Made by a program: the position numbers and the translations under genes
NCBI GenBank assembly: GCA_964465355.1
Contig: CAYXJZ010000005.1
Coordinates: 5,504-69,503 of the forward strand
Origin: an uncultured bacterium
GTDB lineage: Bacteria > Deinococcota > Deinococci > Deinococcales > Trueperaceae
Length of the DNA stretch: 64,000 bases
Direction of reading: 5' to 3'
Shown: positions 44,967 to 53,586 of the stretch, one piece after another
How the letters are laid out: every line of letters begins with the position of its first letter
Numbering within the stretch: position 1 is the stretch's first letter
Notes under the pieces: generated by a model
Seen by the model: only the letters and a program-made list of their open reading frames with translations
Databases searched by the model: none
What the model was told of the DNA's origin: nothing

Positions 44967-46115
44967 ATGAAGCGCGAACATCTGCGGCCTGCGCCGGCTC
45001 CGTTGCTCTTGGCCCTCGCCGCCATGGCGTGGGTCTCGCCTCCGGTCTCTGCGCAGGCCCTCGATCTGACCAACCACGAGTTCCTTGTCGCGACCATGGT
45101 CGTGGTCAGCTACGACCACTACGCCTCCCGCTGCAACCCACTGACGCCGTCCGCTGCCGAGCGGGACGAGCTGGACCGCTGGCTTGCGACGAACGCCGTC
45201 GATGGTGTGCGGGCGCGGCTGGCGGAGCTGGAGCGGGATCCGGAGCAAGCTGAGGCCCTGCGGCAGATCCGCGAGAGGGCGCAGGCGGAGTTCTCGCGGT
45301 TGGAGATCGAGCCATGCACGGCTGCGCTGCTGGTGACGCGCACGGAGGAGGCGGACCTCCGCGCCTCGGCGCCTGCCGTCCTGGCCGCGCTGAGTGCCCA
45401 AGGCCAGGCGGGGCAGACCCCTTCCACCCCACCGACCTCGGCGCAGGCCGACGCCCCGCCGACCCCCACCCACGTCGACATGTCCGCCATCGCCGAGCAG
45501 ATCGACAGCTTCGGCTTCGACTACACCACGGGCTTCGGCGTCGGTGGCTTCATGACGATCGAGGTCTACCCCGTCGTGCTCTTCCACAGCGGCGACGCCC
45601 TACGCGACATCGGGCAGCTCGGCGCCATGACCAGCATCGAGGCGGCGCGGCAGGCGAGCCCGGGGGACTGGACCCAGTGGCGACGCAGCGGCGGCGAGGT
45701 GGAGCTGCAGACCTCGAACGGTGGCTGGCAGGCCCTGCCCTTCACCGCCACCTACGGCACGCTGCCGCCCGGCTTCGTCCTAGACGGGCTCTACCGCTCA
45801 CTCTCCGGTGGGGGCAACGTGGCCATGGGCGGGACCTCCGTGGTCGCCGCCTGGTCCGACTACCGCTTCTTCCCGGACGGCGTGGTGATCCGCGACCAGG
45901 GGGCCGGCGGCTTCGGCGAGTTCATGGACGTCTCCGTGGCCGTGAGCAGCCTCCCGCCCAGCCAACGCGGGCGCTACGCGGTGGACGGCCTGGTCATCCA
46001 CCTGCGCTACGACGACGGCAGCGAGGAGCGCAGGATCCTGGTCACCGACCCGGATGACGACGAGGGCGTGATCTGGCTGGATGGCGTCGCCTACAGCTGG
46101 CGGTCGACGAGGTAG
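44967..46115 (+). CDS. Secreted two-domain protein, unknown function
   Basis: 382 aa. The signal peptide is PLLLALAAMAWVSPPVSAQA. A helical N-domain with two Cys is followed by a Pro/Thr/Ala linker and a Gly/aromatic-rich C-domain. Confidence 0.68.
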   Translation: MKREHLRPAPAPLLLALAAMAWVSPPVSAQALDLTNHEFLVATMVVVSYDHYASRCNPLTPSAAERDELDRWLATNAVDGVRARLAELERDPEQAEALRQIRERAQAEFSRLEIEPCTAALLVTRTEEADLRASAPAVLAALSAQGQAGQTPSTPPTSAQADAPPTPTHVDMSAIAEQIDSFGFDYTTGFGVGGFMTIEVYPVVLFHSGDALRDIGQLGAMTSIEAARQASPGDWTQWRRSGGEVELQTSNGGWQALPFTATYGTLPPGFVLDGLYRSLSGGGNVAMGGTSVVAAWSDYRFFPDGVVIRDQGAGGFGEFMDVSVAVSSLPPSQRGRYAVDGLVIHLRYDDGSEERRILVTDPDDDEGVIWLDGVAYSWRSTR

Positions 46116-46214
46116 GGATGGCGGATTCGGGCATGTGGCTTCTGGGGTTGGATGCACCCGCCGGAAGTCTCGCCAGTATGAGACATGCGATGCACATGTG
46201 TTATGGTGGAGCAC

Positions 46215-46445
46215 ATGTCCAAGATGATCCAGATCCGCAACGTCCCGGACGAACTGCACCGCGAAGCCAAGGCACGAGCGGCGCGGGCTGGACTGAGCCT
46301 CTCCGACTACCTGCTGCATGAGGTTCGCCGGGTCGTCGAGGCGCCTCCGGTCGAGGAGGTGCTGGCCCGCCTGGAGGCCAGGCGGCGTCCTCCGCTGACC
46401 GAGACGCCGGTAGAGGCGGTGCGAGCCGAGCGGGATTCGCGTTGA
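46215..46445 (+). CDS. vapB: Arc/MetJ-type (FitA-like) antitoxin
   Basis: It has MIQIRNVPDELHREAKARAARAGLSLSDYLL. Start at ATG 46215 (TATGGT-N7 upstream) or ATG 46224. Its stop overlaps the PIN gene TTG start. Confidence 0.8.
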   Translation: MSKMIQIRNVPDELHREAKARAARAGLSLSDYLLHEVRRVVEAPPVEEVLARLEARRRPPLTETPVEAVRAERDSR

Positions 46446-46843
46446 TCGTCGTCGACGCATCCGTACTCGTCGATCTGCTCCTGGGCGGAACGGGGGAGGC
46501 CGGACGGGCGCTGGCCGAGCGGTTCAGGGCCGGTGAGGTCGTCTGCGCGCCGCATCTGATCGACGCAGAGGTCGGACAGGTGCTGCGCCGTTACGTGCTG
46601 CGCGGCGATCTCCAAGCGCCGGACGTCGAGTCGCTCATCGATGCGCTGGCCGACCTGCCGGTCCAGCGGTATCCGCACACCGGCTTGCTCGGCCGCGCGT
46701 TCCAGTTGCGGGCGAACGTGACGATCTACGATGGCCTCTACCTGGCGTTGGCTGAAGTGCTGACATGTCCCTTGCTGACCGGGGATCGGGCCCTGGCTGC
46801 CGTTCCAGGCTGCAGCGCCGTCGTGGTGGTTGATCCACGCTGA
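46442..46843 (+). CDS. vapC: PIN-domain toxin
   Basis: 133 aa. It begins (M)IVVDASVLVDLL and has IDAEV, YDGLYLALAE and LLTGD motifs. Confidence 0.88.
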   Translation: MIVVDASVLVDLLLGGTGEAGRALAERFRAGEVVCAPHLIDAEVGQVLRRYVLRGDLQAPDVESLIDALADLPVQRYPHTGLLGRAFQLRANVTIYDGLYLALAEVLTCPLLTGDRALAAVPGCSAVVVVDPR

Positions 46844-46925
46844 AGGGCTACGGCAGCGGTGACGGACGCGTGCGTGTCGGCGGGCACCGGCCCCGCGCCG
46901 CTCACGACAAGCTCGCGACCTGGCT

Positions 46926-48044
46926 CTACACCAACCCCCGTCTGCGCAGCCATGCACGGCTGCCCAGAGCCGCCAACCCAAGCGCCACGGCCAGCCCTCC
47001 GGCCGCCCATCGCCAGTCGGCCGGGGGCAGCAGCCCCCACAGCAGGCCAGCCACCGCAGCCACCGACAGCAACGGCAGGAAGACGGCCGCCGTCACCGCC
47101 GTCGCCCGGCTGCTCTGCATCTGCCGGTGGGCCAGCGCGGAGGCGTAGCCCCGTTGCAGGCTCTCGGTCATCCGCCGTAGGCCGCCTGCCAGCTCCAGCA
47201 CCTCGAAGGCCTGGTCGGCCACGGCCAGCAGCAATCCCTTGGCCCTCTCGCCCAAGGGCGGGGGGTCGGCATGGCGCAAGGCGTTGGCGACGTCGACCAT
47301 GGGCAGCGCAGCGCGTTCGAGCAGCACCAGCTCGCGCTCCACGTCCATGACCTGCGACAGCGTCGCCGGGCCGGCCGCATCGGGCCCGTCCTCCTCCAAC
47401 TCCTCCAGCGACTCGCTCAAGGCAGCCACCGCTACAAGGCCCTGCTCCACCACCAGGTCGAGAACGGTGGCGGCCAGGTGGCCGGCCCCCAGATGCCGGC
47501 TCAGGCCGCTGTCTTGGCGCAGACGTGCGCGCAGCCCTTCGATGACCGGACTGGGTTGCTCCTGGATGGTGACCAGCACCTCGCCCTGCAGCAGCAGCGT
47601 GAGCTGGTCCTGGTGCAGCGCGGCCGGTGCGTCGAAGGCGGCGGGCGACACACGGTGCACCTGCAGCCGCAGTCGCAGGTAGCCCTCGCCATGCACCACC
47701 CGCGGTCGACCACCCACCTGAGCGATCTCCTCGAGGCACAAGGGATCGAGATGCATGGTCTGGCCGATGGCCCGCAGGGCGGCCAGATCGTGCACGCCGC
47801 TCAGGTCCAGCCAGTGCATGCGGCCGCCCGGCTCGGCCATGGCCTGCATGGCGTCCTCGATGGGCACCTCGCGCAGCTCCTCCACCCCATCGCTGCCGAA
47901 GCTGAGCAGGGTGGCGCGCACCTGGGCGTCGCGCTCTGGGCCGGTGTAGTGCAGCTCACCCGGCGCCTGACCCACCTTGGCCAGGTTGGGCGCCAGCGGC
48001 TCGCGGTGGCGGCGAAGCGGACGGTGGCGGCGGCGAAGGCTCAT
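46926..48044 (-). CDS. CorA-family protein with degenerate pore signature (GMN replaced by GLL)
   Basis: It has the CorA cytoplasmic domain (HWLDLSGVHDLAALRAIGQTMHLDPLCLEEI) and two C-terminal TM helices. A gapless hand alignment was anchored on FLPL and WRW. In it, AVFLPLLSVAAVAGLLWGLLPPADWRW aligns to the canonical [26 protein letters not shown]. Confidence 0.82.
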   Translation of the reverse strand: MSLRRRHRPLRRHREPLAPNLAKVGQAPGELHYTGPERDAQVRATLLSFGSDGVEELREVPIEDAMQAMAEPGGRMHWLDLSGVHDLAALRAIGQTMHLDPLCLEEIAQVGGRPRVVHGEGYLRLRLQVHRVSPAAFDAPAALHQDQLTLLLQGEVLVTIQEQPSPVIEGLRARLRQDSGLSRHLGAGHLAATVLDLVVEQGLVAVAALSESLEELEEDGPDAAGPATLSQVMDVERELVLLERAALPMVDVANALRHADPPPLGERAKGLLLAVADQAFEVLELAGGLRRMTESLQRGYASALAHRQMQSSRATAVTAAVFLPLLSVAAVAGLLWGLLPPADWRWAAGGLAVALGLAALGSRAWLRRRGLV

Positions 48045-48901
48045 GCCCGCTCACCGCTCTGCGGGTCCACCAGCCGCACGCTCAGTGGCATGGCCCCTGG
48101 CTGCAAGGTGGTCTGCGGGAAGGGGATCTCGATGCCGGATGCCTCAAGCGCCTCCTTGACCTCACGGGTGATGGAGTTCTGCAAAGCCAGCAGGTTCTCG
48201 CTCTTGGCCCACAGCATGAAGGTGTAGTCGATGGAGGATGCGCCGAAGCCGCGAGAGACCAGTTGCGGCGCCGGCTCGTCGAGGCACAACGGGTTGCGGT
48301 GGGCCACCTCGAACATCGTCTGCTGCAGCTTGCCGAGGTCGGTGTCGTAGGCCACGCCGAGCACCAGGTCGAAGCGGCGCAAGGGGAAGCGGTTGAGGCT
48401 GAGGATCTCGCTCTTCACCATCGCCTCGTTGGGGATGCGCACCAGCAGGTTGTCGAAGGTGCGCAGCTTGGTCGACAACAGGTCGACCGACAGGACCTCG
48501 CCGGTGCGGCCGCCCACGGTGATGACGTCGCCCGGTTGCACAGCCCGTTCCAGGATGAGGAAGAGGCCGGAGATGAGGTTGGAGGCCGAGGTCTGCGATG
48601 CGAAGCCGATGGCCACCGTGACGATGCCGGCTGCGCCGAGCAGCACGGTGAAGTCCATGCCGAACTGGCGCAGCGCGGAGACGACGAAGAGCGTCATGAC
48701 GCCGTAGCTGGCGAAGCGCGCCAGCATCAGCCGCTGGCCCTTCTCCAAATGACCGAGGGCGTGCATGAGGCCGAAGCGCGCCGCGCGCGACAGCAGGAAG
48801 CCGAGCAGCAGGTAGACGGCGGCCCGCAGCACGCGCGCCCAGGTGGCCGGGTCGCTGAGGACGGCCAGGACGGCCAGGCCTTGTTGGATCTCGTCGTTCA
48901 T
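48041..48901 (-). CDS. Mechanosensitive ion channel (MscS family)
   Basis: 286 aa with three TM helices, then the MscS beta-domain motif PGDVITVGGRTGEVLSVDLLSTKLRTFDNLLVRIPN. ATGA overlaps at both ends. Confidence 0.9.
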   Translation of the reverse strand: MNDEIQQGLAVLAVLSDPATWARVLRAAVYLLLGFLLSRAARFGLMHALGHLEKGQRLMLARFASYGVMTLFVVSALRQFGMDFTVLLGAAGIVTVAIGFASQTSASNLISGLFLILERAVQPGDVITVGGRTGEVLSVDLLSTKLRTFDNLLVRIPNEAMVKSEILSLNRFPLRRFDLVLGVAYDTDLGKLQQTMFEVAHRNPLCLDEPAPQLVSRGFGASSIDYTFMLWAKSENLLALQNSITREVKEALEASGIEIPFPQTTLQPGAMPLSVRLVDPQSGERA

Positions 48902-49827
48902 CCGTCGTCCCCTCGGAAGAAGCGGCTGAAGGCGCGCATGACGATATTGCCCACCACCGGCGTGCGCGGCGGCGCCAGCTTCTCGGCGGCCGTGAGGGTG
49001 GACATCGCCGTACCGGCCAGGGCTTGGCGATCGGTGCGCACCTCGGCGAAGTCGCCGTCGGCCTCCCTGCGGAAGAGGACGCCGTCGGTGAGCAGCCTTC
49101 CGTTGGCGTCCACGTAGAGCGAGAGCTGAGGCATGGGCACTTGCACGCGCTGCACCTGCAGCAGGTCGTCGGCGTCGTTCTGGATGCTCAGCGGTGTCAC
49201 CGCCCGGTGCGGACGCAGCGGCAGGTCGGCGAAGACCAGCCGCCCGGCGGTGCGCACCGCGTAGCACAGCTCTCCCTCGCGGGTGGATGGTCCGAACCAG
49301 GTGTCAGACGGACGATGGGTGGGCAGATCGGCCAGCAGCACCTGCTTGCCGTCGCCGCCCCGCCGCTTGCTGCCGCTGCCCTGCACCGTCAGCGCCATCC
49401 AGGTGGGGGTGCTGATGTAGATGGTGACGCGCTCGCCGGGCGGCACCGCCAGCGAGGACTCGGGACGGATGACCACCGGTCGGGGTGCCAGCCTCGGGCT
49501 GACCAGGATGCTGTCTGGGCTGTCGGCGAAGCTGAAGCGCACCTGCGGCGCGCCATCGGGCAGTTCGGCCACGTCGACGCGGCGCGGCCACTGCCCCACC
49601 GGCGCGTAGGCGTCCGCATCCTGTTGGTGCCACAGGCGCCAGTCGGTCCTTGAGCGCGCGGCGTAGGCCGTGCTCGGACCGGCGCGCCAGCGACCCGCCT
49701 GGCCTGGTTCGAGGCTGAGGTTGCCCCACCAACGCGGATCGGATGGACCCTGTTCGCCACCTGAGGGGGTCTCGAGCGGGGCCTCACCCGCCCGCGCCTC
49801 CTGCTCGAGCGTGGCTTCGTTCTCCAT
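48898..49827 (-). CDS. Hypothetical cytoplasmic protein, first gene of the MscS/CorA-like operon
   Basis: 309 aa with no TM segment and no family recognised by eye. Its composition is protein-like. TACCCT lies 7 nt upstream of the ATG. Its stop overlaps the MscS start. Confidence 0.68.
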   Translation of the reverse strand: MENEATLEQEARAGEAPLETPSGGEQGPSDPRWWGNLSLEPGQAGRWRAGPSTAYAARSRTDWRLWHQQDADAYAPVGQWPRRVDVAELPDGAPQVRFSFADSPDSILVSPRLAPRPVVIRPESSLAVPPGERVTIYISTPTWMALTVQGSGSKRRGGDGKQVLLADLPTHRPSDTWFGPSTREGELCYAVRTAGRLVFADLPLRPHRAVTPLSIQNDADDLLQVQRVQVPMPQLSLYVDANGRLLTDGVLFRREADGDFAEVRTDRQALAGTAMSTLTAAEKLAPPRTPVVGNIVMRAFSRFFRGDDG

Positions 49828-49834
49828 ACCCCAC

Positions 49835-49840
49835 AGGGTA
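49835..49840 (-). promoter_or_regulatory. -10-like TACCCT 7 nt upstream of ATG 49827 (leaderless-type)
   Basis: Minus strand TACCCT-N7-ATG, no SD. Confidence 0.4.
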
Positions 49841-49927
49841 GCCGTCAGGGGTGGCGTGTGTGCACGGGTGCCCGGTCGGCGTGGTGATGGACGACGCGGG
49901 TCACCGCTGCCGCTGAGGGCCTGTGCG

Positions 49928-49933
49928 TACGAT
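49928..49933 (+). promoter_or_regulatory. -10-like TACGAT 8 nt upstream of the pfkB-family gene ATG (leaderless-type)
   Basis: TACGAT-N8-ATG, no SD. Confidence 0.4.
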
Positions 49934-49941
49934 GGTGGCTG

Positions 49942-50928
49942 ATGCAGCCACCGTCCGAGGCCCCCCAGGTTCGCCCCCTACTGGTGGTCGGCGACTTCGT
50001 TTGGGACGTGCTGATCCGCACGGAGACCGAGCTTCTGCGAGGCGGCGACACCTTCGGTCGGGTGGAGCTGGCGCCTGGTGGCAGCGCTGCCAACGCAGCC
50101 GTCTGGGCGCGGCGCTGTGGCCTGCCCACCCGCTTCGTCGGCAAGGTGGGCGACGACCGCTTCGCCGACCTGGCCGCCAACGAGCTGCGCGACGAGGGCG
50201 TGGAGGCCACGCTGCTGCGCGACCCGGCCCACCCCACTGGCACGGTGGCGGTGTGGATCGACGAGCACGGTCAGCGCTCCATGGTCTCGGGCAAGGGCGC
50301 CGACCACATGCTGCGGCCGGATGAGCTGCCCGAGGATTGGCTGCGCAGCGCGGCGCACCTGCACCTCTCCGCCTGGTCCTGCTTCGACGACCCGCCACGC
50401 TCCGCCGTGCAGCGGGCGGCTGCGTTGGTCAAGGAAGCCGGCGGCACCGTGTCATTCGACCCTGGCTCCTTCCAGATGATCGAGCAGATGGGTGTGCCAG
50501 ACTTCCTGCGCATGGCGCAGGCGCTGGAGCCGGTGGTGCTCTTCCCCAACGTGGACGAAGGTCGGGTGCTCTCCGGCCAGCGTGAGCCGTCGGCGATGGT
50601 GCAGGTGCTGGCACGGCTGTTCCCCGGGGCCGTCATCGCGCTCAAGCTGGACCGCGACGGCGCGTTGCTGCTCGAACCGGACGGACGGCTGACCCCACTG
50701 CCGAGCAGCGAGGAGCCGGCGCTTGACGCCACCGGCGCCGGCGACACCTTCGCCGGGGCCTTCCTCAGCCGCTGGTTGCGGGGCGTGCCCGCCGCCGAGG
50801 CTGGGCGCTTCGCGGTGGCGGTGTCGAACTGGGTGGTGGGGCAGGTGGGGGCGCGGCCGGCGGTGGATGGGGGATTGCGGGGGCTGTTGGGTGGGAAGGC
50901 CAAGCCAGTGGATCTGTCTCGGCCTTGA
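49942..50928 (+). CDS. PfkB-family carbohydrate kinase (ribokinase/2-keto-3-deoxygluconate kinase-like)
   Basis: It has GGSAANAA near the N-terminus and the C-terminal DATGAGDTFAGAF motif. Confidence 0.9.
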   Translation: MQPPSEAPQVRPLLVVGDFVWDVLIRTETELLRGGDTFGRVELAPGGSAANAAVWARRCGLPTRFVGKVGDDRFADLAANELRDEGVEATLLRDPAHPTGTVAVWIDEHGQRSMVSGKGADHMLRPDELPEDWLRSAAHLHLSAWSCFDDPPRSAVQRAAALVKEAGGTVSFDPGSFQMIEQMGVPDFLRMAQALEPVVLFPNVDEGRVLSGQREPSAMVQVLARLFPGAVIALKLDRDGALLLEPDGRLTPLPSSEEPALDATGAGDTFAGAFLSRWLRGVPAAEAGRFAVAVSNWVVGQVGARPAVDGGLRGLLGGKAKPVDLSRP

Positions 50929-50976
50929 TCGCGCTACGGCAGGCGTTGGGTAGGCGTCTGGGTAGGTAAAAGGAAA

Positions 50977-50997
50977 CCCGGCGTCAAAGACGCCGGG
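50977..50997. terminator. Canonical intrinsic terminator (bidirectional), best on the minus strand
   Basis: CCCGGCGTC (50977-50985), loop aaa, GACGCCGGG (50989-50997). On the minus strand the stem is followed by TTTCCTTTT. It lies between pfkB (+) and the NYN pseudogene (-). Confidence 0.6.
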
Positions 50998-51057
50998 CGC
51001 TATGGTCGAAGTGTATCGGTCGGGCGCAGTTAGGTCAAGGTGCTCGGTACACAACGA

Positions 51058-51652
51058 TCACCACGACGGTGGTTTCCTGATGCTAGGACCGATGGTTCCG
51101 GGAAGTTGGTGTGCATACAGGTCGGCCGGACTGAGCCGATACGACCAGTGGCCCCCCACACCTTCGTCAGGGAGGGTGATCCGCCTGCTGGTCAGACCGG
51201 ATGTAGGGTTGACCAGCCCAACGGGTACCCGCGTCTTGGTGAAGGCGATGGGATAAACCAGGTCGCTGTCGTTGCTGATGACCACATCAGCGTCGACTGC
51301 AGCGGTCAGCACATCGATCAGTAGGTGCGAAGCGAGGTTCACATCCGATCCCTTCTCCTCCCGGCGAGCCACAGAGGCCATAGCTGATGCGGGTGGCGGA
51401 GCCAGAACTCCTCAGGGCTCTCAGGTAGACATCTTGCTTTCTTTGCGCGTCCGGATCGTCGGCGCCACTGACGCGGGCAGTGCAATAGGTGACGCTCTCG
51501 ACGACGGCCTGAGTCCAGGGGGCTCGCTGGGCGACAAGGGTCTTGGCCAAGCCCAAGAGATCCAACCATCTCCAACCTTGAGTTGATCGCCCGCATTGGC
51601 CCCGGGCGCCGTAGTACACGTTGAAGCCATCCACGTAGACGCCGACCTTCAC
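51058..51652 (-). pseudogene. NYN-domain (LabA-like) gene disrupted by a frameshift or small deletion
   Basis: The N-terminal part, in the frame of track ORF 51287..51652, reads MKVGVYVDGFNVYYGA...WLDL...VTYCTARV...QDVYLRALR. The C-terminal part, in the frame of ORF 51058..51381, reads REEKGSDVNLASHLLIDVL...VVISNDSDLV. The switch lies near 51380-51400. A hand count over 100 nt gave about 59% GC. Confidence 0.75.
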
Positions 51653-51694
51653 GCCTGAACTCTAGGAAGCTCGGCCATGATCGTGCGCGGCGAA

Positions 51695-51710
51695 CTTGGC
51701 TCGAGCCAAG
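51695..51710. other. Perfect 16-bp palindrome CTTGGCTCGAGCCAAG just downstream of ribBA
   Basis: Seen directly at 51695-51710, 13 nt after the ribBA stop on the minus strand. Possible terminator stem or protein site. Confidence 0.3.
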
Positions 51711-51722
51711 ACATCCTGGGCC

Positions 51723-52937
51723 TCAGTCCTCCAGATGCCCCATCTTCTCCCGCTTGGTCGCCAGGTAGGCCTCGTTGTACGGGTTGCGGCCAGCATGCAG
51801 CGGCAGCCGCTCGACCACTTCCAGGCCGAAGCCCTGCAAGGCCACCACCTTGCGCGGGTTGTTGGTCAGCAGCCGCATGCTGCGCACGCCAAGGTCGCGC
51901 AGCATCTGTGCGCCGATGCCATAGTCGCGCAGGTCGGCGCCGAAGCCCAGCTGCTCGTTGGCCTCGACGGTGTCGGCCCCCTGGTCCTGGAGCGCGTAGG
52001 CCTTGAGCTTGTTGAGCAGGCCGATGCCGCGGCCCTCCTGCCGCAGGTAGACCAGCACCCCGCGGCCGGCCTCGGCGATGGCCGCCAGCGCCGCGTCGCG
52101 CTGGAAGCCGCAGTCGCAGCGCAGACTGTGCAGCGCGTCGCCGGTGAGGCACTCGGAGTGCATGCGCACCAGCACGGGTTCGTCGCCGCCCAGGTCGCCC
52201 AGCACCAAGGCCAGGTGCTCGGTGCCGTGCAGCCGGTCCTGGTAGCCCCGCACCCTGAACTCGGCCCACGGCGTCGGCAGCTTGGCCTCGGCCACCGGCA
52301 GGACGAAGGCCTCTGCCTCCAGGCGGTGGGCGATGAGGTCGGCGATGCTGCCCACCTTGAGGCCGTGCTGTTCGGCGAAGACCAGCAGCTCGGGCAGGCG
52401 CATCATGCTGCCGTCGTCGTGCATGAGCTCGCTGATGCCGGCCACCGGCTGCAGACCTGCCAGGCGACACAGATCGACGGCGGCCTCGGTGTGGCCGGCG
52501 CGGCGCAGCACCCCGCCCTCGCGGGCGCGCAGGGGGAAGACGTGGCCAGGGCGGCCGAAATCGGCGGCGCTGGCGCCCTCGCGCGCGGCGAGGCGGATGG
52601 TGTGCGCGCGGTCGGCAGCCGAGATCCCGGTGCTCACGCCCTCGGTGGCCTCGATGCTCACGGTGAAGGCGGTCTCGCGGCGCGAGCGGTTGTGCTGCAC
52701 CATCGGCGGCAGCTCCAGCCGGTCGGCCAGCTCGTTGCTCATCGACAGGCAGACGATGCCGCCCGTATGGCGGATGGTGAAGGCCAGCAGGGCGGTGGTG
52801 GCGTGCTCGGCTGCGAAGACGAGGTCGCCCTCGTTCTCTCGCTGCTCGTCGTCCACCACGATGATCGGCCGGCCGGCGCGCAGTTCGCTGAGCAGCTCCG
52901 GTACGGTCGCCAGGCCAGGGGTGCTGTCAGTGGCCAT
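51723..52937 (-). CDS. ribBA: Bifunctional 3,4-dihydroxy-2-butanone-4-phosphate synthase / GTP cyclohydrolase II
   Basis: The DHBP synthase part has [17 protein letters not shown]. The GCH II part has [20 protein letters not shown] and [11 protein letters not shown]. Start at ATG 52937. Confidence 0.95.
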   Translation of the reverse strand: MATDSTPGLATVPELLSELRAGRPIIVVDDEQRENEGDLVFAAEHATTALLAFTIRHTGGIVCLSMSNELADRLELPPMVQHNRSRRETAFTVSIEATEGVSTGISAADRAHTIRLAAREGASAADFGRPGHVFPLRAREGGVLRRAGHTEAAVDLCRLAGLQPVAGISELMHDDGSMMRLPELLVFAEQHGLKVGSIADLIAHRLEAEAFVLPVAEAKLPTPWAEFRVRGYQDRLHGTEHLALVLGDLGGDEPVLVRMHSECLTGDALHSLRCDCGFQRDAALAAIAEAGRGVLVYLRQEGRGIGLLNKLKAYALQDQGADTVEANEQLGFGADLRDYGIGAQMLRDLGVRSMRLLTNNPRKVVALQGFGLEVVERLPLHAGRNPYNEAYLATKREKMGHLED

Positions 52938-53586
52938 GGCGGGAGAGGGCATGCAGCGCCCACAGCCTCTCGACGTGCTTGGCCAGCAGGTCGGCTTCCA
53001 GGTTGACCAGGTCGCCGGCTCGCAGCTCGCCAAGGGTGGTGACTTCCAGGGTGTGGGGGATCAGACCGAGGGTGAAGGTGCTGGGCGAGAGGTCGTCGCG
53101 AGCGGGGGCGCCGGCCGGCCCACCCACGTCGATGATGGTGAGGGACACGCCGTCCACGGTGATGCTGCCCTTGGGCAGCAGGTAGGGGGCGAAGTCGTCC
53201 GGCGCGCGCACGGTGACGCTGTATGCACCCGGCTGCGCGTCAACGGCCAGCACCTCGCCGCGGCCGCCGACGTGGCCGCTGACGAAGTGGCCGCCGAAGC
53301 GGGTGTCGGCGCGCATGGCGCGCTCTAAGTTGAGGCGTTGGCCGACCATCCAGCGCGGCGCGGTCACGGCCAGGGTCTCCTGGATGAGTTGCACGTCGAA
53401 GCTCTGCTCCGTGAGGCTCACCACCGTCAGGCAGCAGCCGGAGCAGGAGACGGAGTCGCCCACCTTCAGGTCTTCGAGCACCAGGTCGGCGCGGACGCTC
53501 AGCCTCAGGTGCCCGCCATCGATGCCGGCCACCTCGGTGCGCGCGTCGACGATGGTGCCGACTTCCTCGACGATGCCGGTGAACAT
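52927..53586 (-). CDS. ribE: Riboflavin synthase
   Basis: It begins [10 protein letters not shown], has [13 protein letters not shown], and shows the internal duplication ([12 protein letters not shown]). Confidence 0.95.
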   Translation of the reverse strand: MFTGIVEEVGTIVDARTEVAGIDGGHLRLSVRADLVLEDLKVGDSVSCSGCCLTVVSLTEQSFDVQLIQETLAVTAPRWMVGQRLNLERAMRADTRFGGHFVSGHVGGRGEVLAVDAQPGAYSVTVRAPDDFAPYLLPKGSITVDGVSLTIIDVGGPAGAPARDDLSPSTFTLGLIPHTLEVTTLGELRAGDLVNLEADLLAKHVERLWALHALSRHGH

